Below, piece by piece: positions 26,459 to 28,749 of a stretch of DNA of 28,749 nucleotides. The position numbers were made by a program, and so were the translations under genes. Location: positions 1 to 28,749 of the IMG/VR virus record IMGVR_UViG_3300027186_000018. One strand, written 5' to 3'. The notes under the pieces are model-generated. The model saw only the letters and a program-made list of their open reading frames with translations. It did no database searches and was not told the DNA's origin. Each line of letters starts with the position of its first letter. Within the stretch, counting starts at the first letter, position 1. Source of the stretch: a virus (taxonomy: Duplodnaviria > Caudoviricetes).

Positions 26459-26629
26459 CTACTCTTCATTTTTTTTAAAAAGTTTCTGGACAGTTTCTGT
26501 TTCTGAGATCCTAATACAAGTCCAAATAATAGTTGCTAAAGCAGCTAAAGGTGGCAACCAACCAGCCAACGTACCTACTGTGCCACCCACAGCTATTGCA
26601 TCTACCACTGCTTTAGTCTCCTGTTCCAC
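26459..26629 (-). CDS. small membrane protein, holin-like, 56 aa, not in the ORF track
   Basis: MEQETKAVVDAIAVGGTVGTLAGWLPPLAALATIIWTCIRISETETVQKLFKKNEE; the GTG start overlaps the upstream TAG. Confidence 0.7.
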   Translation of the reverse strand: MEQETKAVVDAIAVGGTVGTLAGWLPPLAALATIIWTCIRISETETVQKLFKKNEE

Positions 26630-26790
26630 TATTTTTTAGCCTTTCCAATTACTAGTGCAAAAACCTCTAAAAACTTATATAGCTTACCTACTATTTTATC
26701 ATCTTTTGGCGTAGGTGTCAAGGCCGTAATGGCGCTACAAGCTGTTACAAGAGCTGTTAAAGCATTTATATAATCTAGTGCATTAGTCAT
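26629..26790 (-). CDS. small hydrophobic protein with a TPTPKDD motif, 53 aa, not in the ORF track
   Basis: MTNALDYINALTALVTACSAITALTPTPKDDKIVGKLYKFLEVFALVIGKAKK; TAATG overlap and AGGAG upstream. Confidence 0.75.
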   Translation of the reverse strand: MTNALDYINALTALVTACSAITALTPTPKDDKIVGKLYKFLEVFALVIGKAKK

Positions 26791-27113
26791 TACCACGGTA
26801 CTCCTGACGCTTGCGTTGGGTTTTTCTGGAGGTCAATGTTAGCCTGTAGGCTTGCCTCAATAGCGTCTTTATCTACGTCGTTAGCCCAACACCAATCTAA
26901 AACATTAGCTTCTGTAACGTCTGAGTAGGCTACAAAACCTTCTGCAGATGCGTCAGGCTCAAAGCTACATGTACCATAACTGGAAGCTGAGTAGGTCACA
27001 GCGTCATCTCCAGTGCCTACAGTCTCTAACTCAGATACACGCCAGTGAGCTATTAATACTCCACCGTCTGCAGTTGCTCTTTCTAGTGTACTAATTTTCC
27101 ATACTGTTGCCAT
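26790..27113 (-). CDS. tail-fibre-associated small protein
   Basis: 107 aa, W.I..LER...F..Y.D.TE..VL.W...GVPW pattern, immediately downstream of the tail fibre; AGGAG RBS. Confidence 0.65.
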   Translation of the reverse strand: MATVWKISTLERATADGGVLIAHWRVSELETVGTGDDAVTYSASSYGTCSFEPDASAEGFVAYSDVTEANVLDWCWANDVDKDAIEASLQANIDLQKNPTQASGVPW

Positions 27114-27126
27114 GTTGTTACTCCTG

Positions 27127-28692
27127 TTAAATTGCTGCGATAATGAAGGCTAAAAGTTCTGAATAACGCACACCCATGCGGCTACGTTCTTCACCAGTTT
27201 CTTCGTCTGTCCAAGTGCTGTTGATAAACATTGCGTAGTCATCAGCGTCTAAACCTTCAGCTTCAAATGCAGACTGTAAGTCCTGTGCAATGATTCCAAA
27301 GTGTGTGCGAGCTTCGTCGCCTTTTTCAGCTACTGAATTCTTCCAGCGGAACTTACGCAGTAACCCTTTAGCGGCTACGGCTACGCGTTGTTCTGCGTCA
27401 GAAAGTTCTGCAATGTCCTGCTTCTCATTACGGTCAGATGTTTGGATAGTTCCGTTGGTGGCGTAGATGTCGTCAAAACGAGCAGCAGTGTTGCCTAAAT
27501 CAATAATATTATCTAAATTACCTCCTGTGGCTGTACAGGGTCTAATTGATGATCGGTCAATAAATCTAAGCCCAGCGTGTGTGCCTGATACTGAACCGCC
27601 AGATATAAAAAAGTATGCGTTTGTGTTTGCAAGTTTGCCCACAACTGCGCCGTCTTTGCGTAATTGCAAAATATCTCCATTTTCACCTGTATTATTCACC
27701 AACATTGCAGGGTCTGTCGTTGTCGTAGATTGTTTAGCGCAATGTATACTGCCGTTAGGAAATAAGTTAATGCCACCGCCACTTGTATTGTTATAAAGCG
27801 TAGAGTCAGTAGTACCTATCAACACTATCGCACTGGCAGCAATGGTCATCGCCCTTGTAAAACTTATATCGTTACCCGCAGTACCTGATGCCGCTACGTT
27901 GAATCTGTGTTCGCCATCGTACTGCCCATAACCTGAGGCAAAATCAGTTTCTTTGTAGACAAAATTCCCAGCAGAGTTTCTAAAGGCGTTGTTCAATATG
28001 TTAGAAGCATTCGCGCCACTTACGGCGAAGTCTTCAAGTGCCAATGACCCAATCTGAAGAGCAGTAGAACTGCTTGACCAAGCACTTGGAGCCGTGTTAA
28101 TACCCACGTTGCCTGTCACATCAACAGTCAAATAATCATTAGTCCCAAGAGCAGAGTGTTCGCTGAGTTTAAACTTGTCGGCATCACTATCATCAACACC
28201 AAGTGACCAGTGCTGCGCATTGTTAGTCAGGAAGTTAATGTACGGGTCTGCGCCGCCTTCGCCTTCTATCTGTACGGTTGCGTTTCCTGCGCCAGTGCCA
28301 AAAATAGATAATTTATGTGCGGGGCTAATCCCGATACCCACGTTGCCACTTGCATCAATGCGTAAACGCTCGCTTGGAGTTGCACCAGTTAAAAACGTAA
28401 TGGGCGCACCGCTTCCGTGCTTTGCATAAACTTGAAGCTCTGGAGTCTCTTTAGCTACTAAGCCCATTTCATACGTTGAGCCATCGCCAAATCTCATGCC
28501 AATAAAACGACTAACCCCAGAAGCCCACGTTGTATTGATGTCCCCCGTAACTTCTAGCTTATTCGCCGCATTAAGGCTCGCCGTCCCAATACCCACATTT
28601 TCACTGCTATCAATTGTAATAGCCGTAGCATTACTATTATCTACAATACCCGGAGTGCTGGATAACTCTATAGGGATTTCTGTTAAAGCCAT
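27127..28692 (-). CDS. tail fibre/spike with C-terminal intramolecular chaperone (peptidase S74)
   Basis: Repeated ID.SGNVGI modules, autocleavage motif TSDRNEKQDI, HFGIIAQD and GVRYSEL; AAGGAG RBS. Confidence 0.9.
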   Translation of the reverse strand: MALTEIPIELSSTPGIVDNSNATAITIDSSENVGIGTASLNAANKLEVTGDINTTWASGVSRFIGMRFGDGSTYEMGLVAKETPELQVYAKHGSGAPITFLTGATPSERLRIDASGNVGIGISPAHKLSIFGTGAGNATVQIEGEGGADPYINFLTNNAQHWSLGVDDSDADKFKLSEHSALGTNDYLTVDVTGNVGINTAPSAWSSSSTALQIGSLALEDFAVSGANASNILNNAFRNSAGNFVYKETDFASGYGQYDGEHRFNVAASGTAGNDISFTRAMTIAASAIVLIGTTDSTLYNNTSGGGINLFPNGSIHCAKQSTTTTDPAMLVNNTGENGDILQLRKDGAVVGKLANTNAYFFISGGSVSGTHAGLRFIDRSSIRPCTATGGNLDNIIDLGNTAARFDDIYATNGTIQTSDRNEKQDIAELSDAEQRVAVAAKGLLRKFRWKNSVAEKGDEARTHFGIIAQDLQSAFEAEGLDADDYAMFINSTWTDEETGEERSRMGVRYSELLAFIIAAI

Positions 28693-28705
28693 TGGCTATT
28701 CTCCT

Positions 28706-28749
28706 TTAGGCTGTAAAAGCTTCAGCAGCAGAGATAGCTGCATTAACTG
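28706..28749 (-). CDS. 3' end of an upstream gene (...VNAAISAAEAFTA*), truncated by the window edge
   Basis: Open frame ending in TAA immediately before the tail-fibre RBS. Confidence 0.5.
   Translation of the reverse strand, partial: VNAAISAAEAFTA

Noticed and set aside
12765-28429. Plus-strand ORFs within the - arm (e.g. 12765-13013, 13878-14195, 27467-27796)
   Set aside because: They are antisense shadows of the structural and lysis genes.
1-28749. tRNA genes, integrase/att sites, RNA polymerase, terminase, portal and capsid genes
   Set aside because: None was recognised. Coding density leaves almost no intergenic room, and head and packaging genes presumably lie outside the window.

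Overview
This window is part of a lytic, tailed dsDNA bacteriophage genome with T7-like (podovirus-type) replication genes, arranged in two convergent arms. The + strand arm (1-11998) carries early, replication and nucleotide-metabolism genes: a DUF932-like protein, ThyX, a gp2.5-like SSB, a gp4-like primase-helicase, a family A DNA polymerase (Tyr762 type), three PD-(D/E)XK nucleases, DUF3310 and a class II ribonucleotide reductase. The - strand arm (12001-28749) is a late operon: a tail fibre with an S74 chaperone, small membrane proteins, four to five probable internal-virion/ejection proteins, an M15 endolysin, a 3-TM holin and three very basic small proteins. The most notable observation is the 1541-aa probable ejection protein. 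It ends in a SAM-dependent methyltransferase domain bracketed by a recurring (F/Y)xxGGxV peptide tag, and the same tag occurs at the N-terminus of the 1277-aa protein. This suggests a tagged, possibly swappable, virion-delivered enzyme cargo. Seven short ORFs absent from the supplied track were read by hand. All family names come from motif recognition, not database searches.
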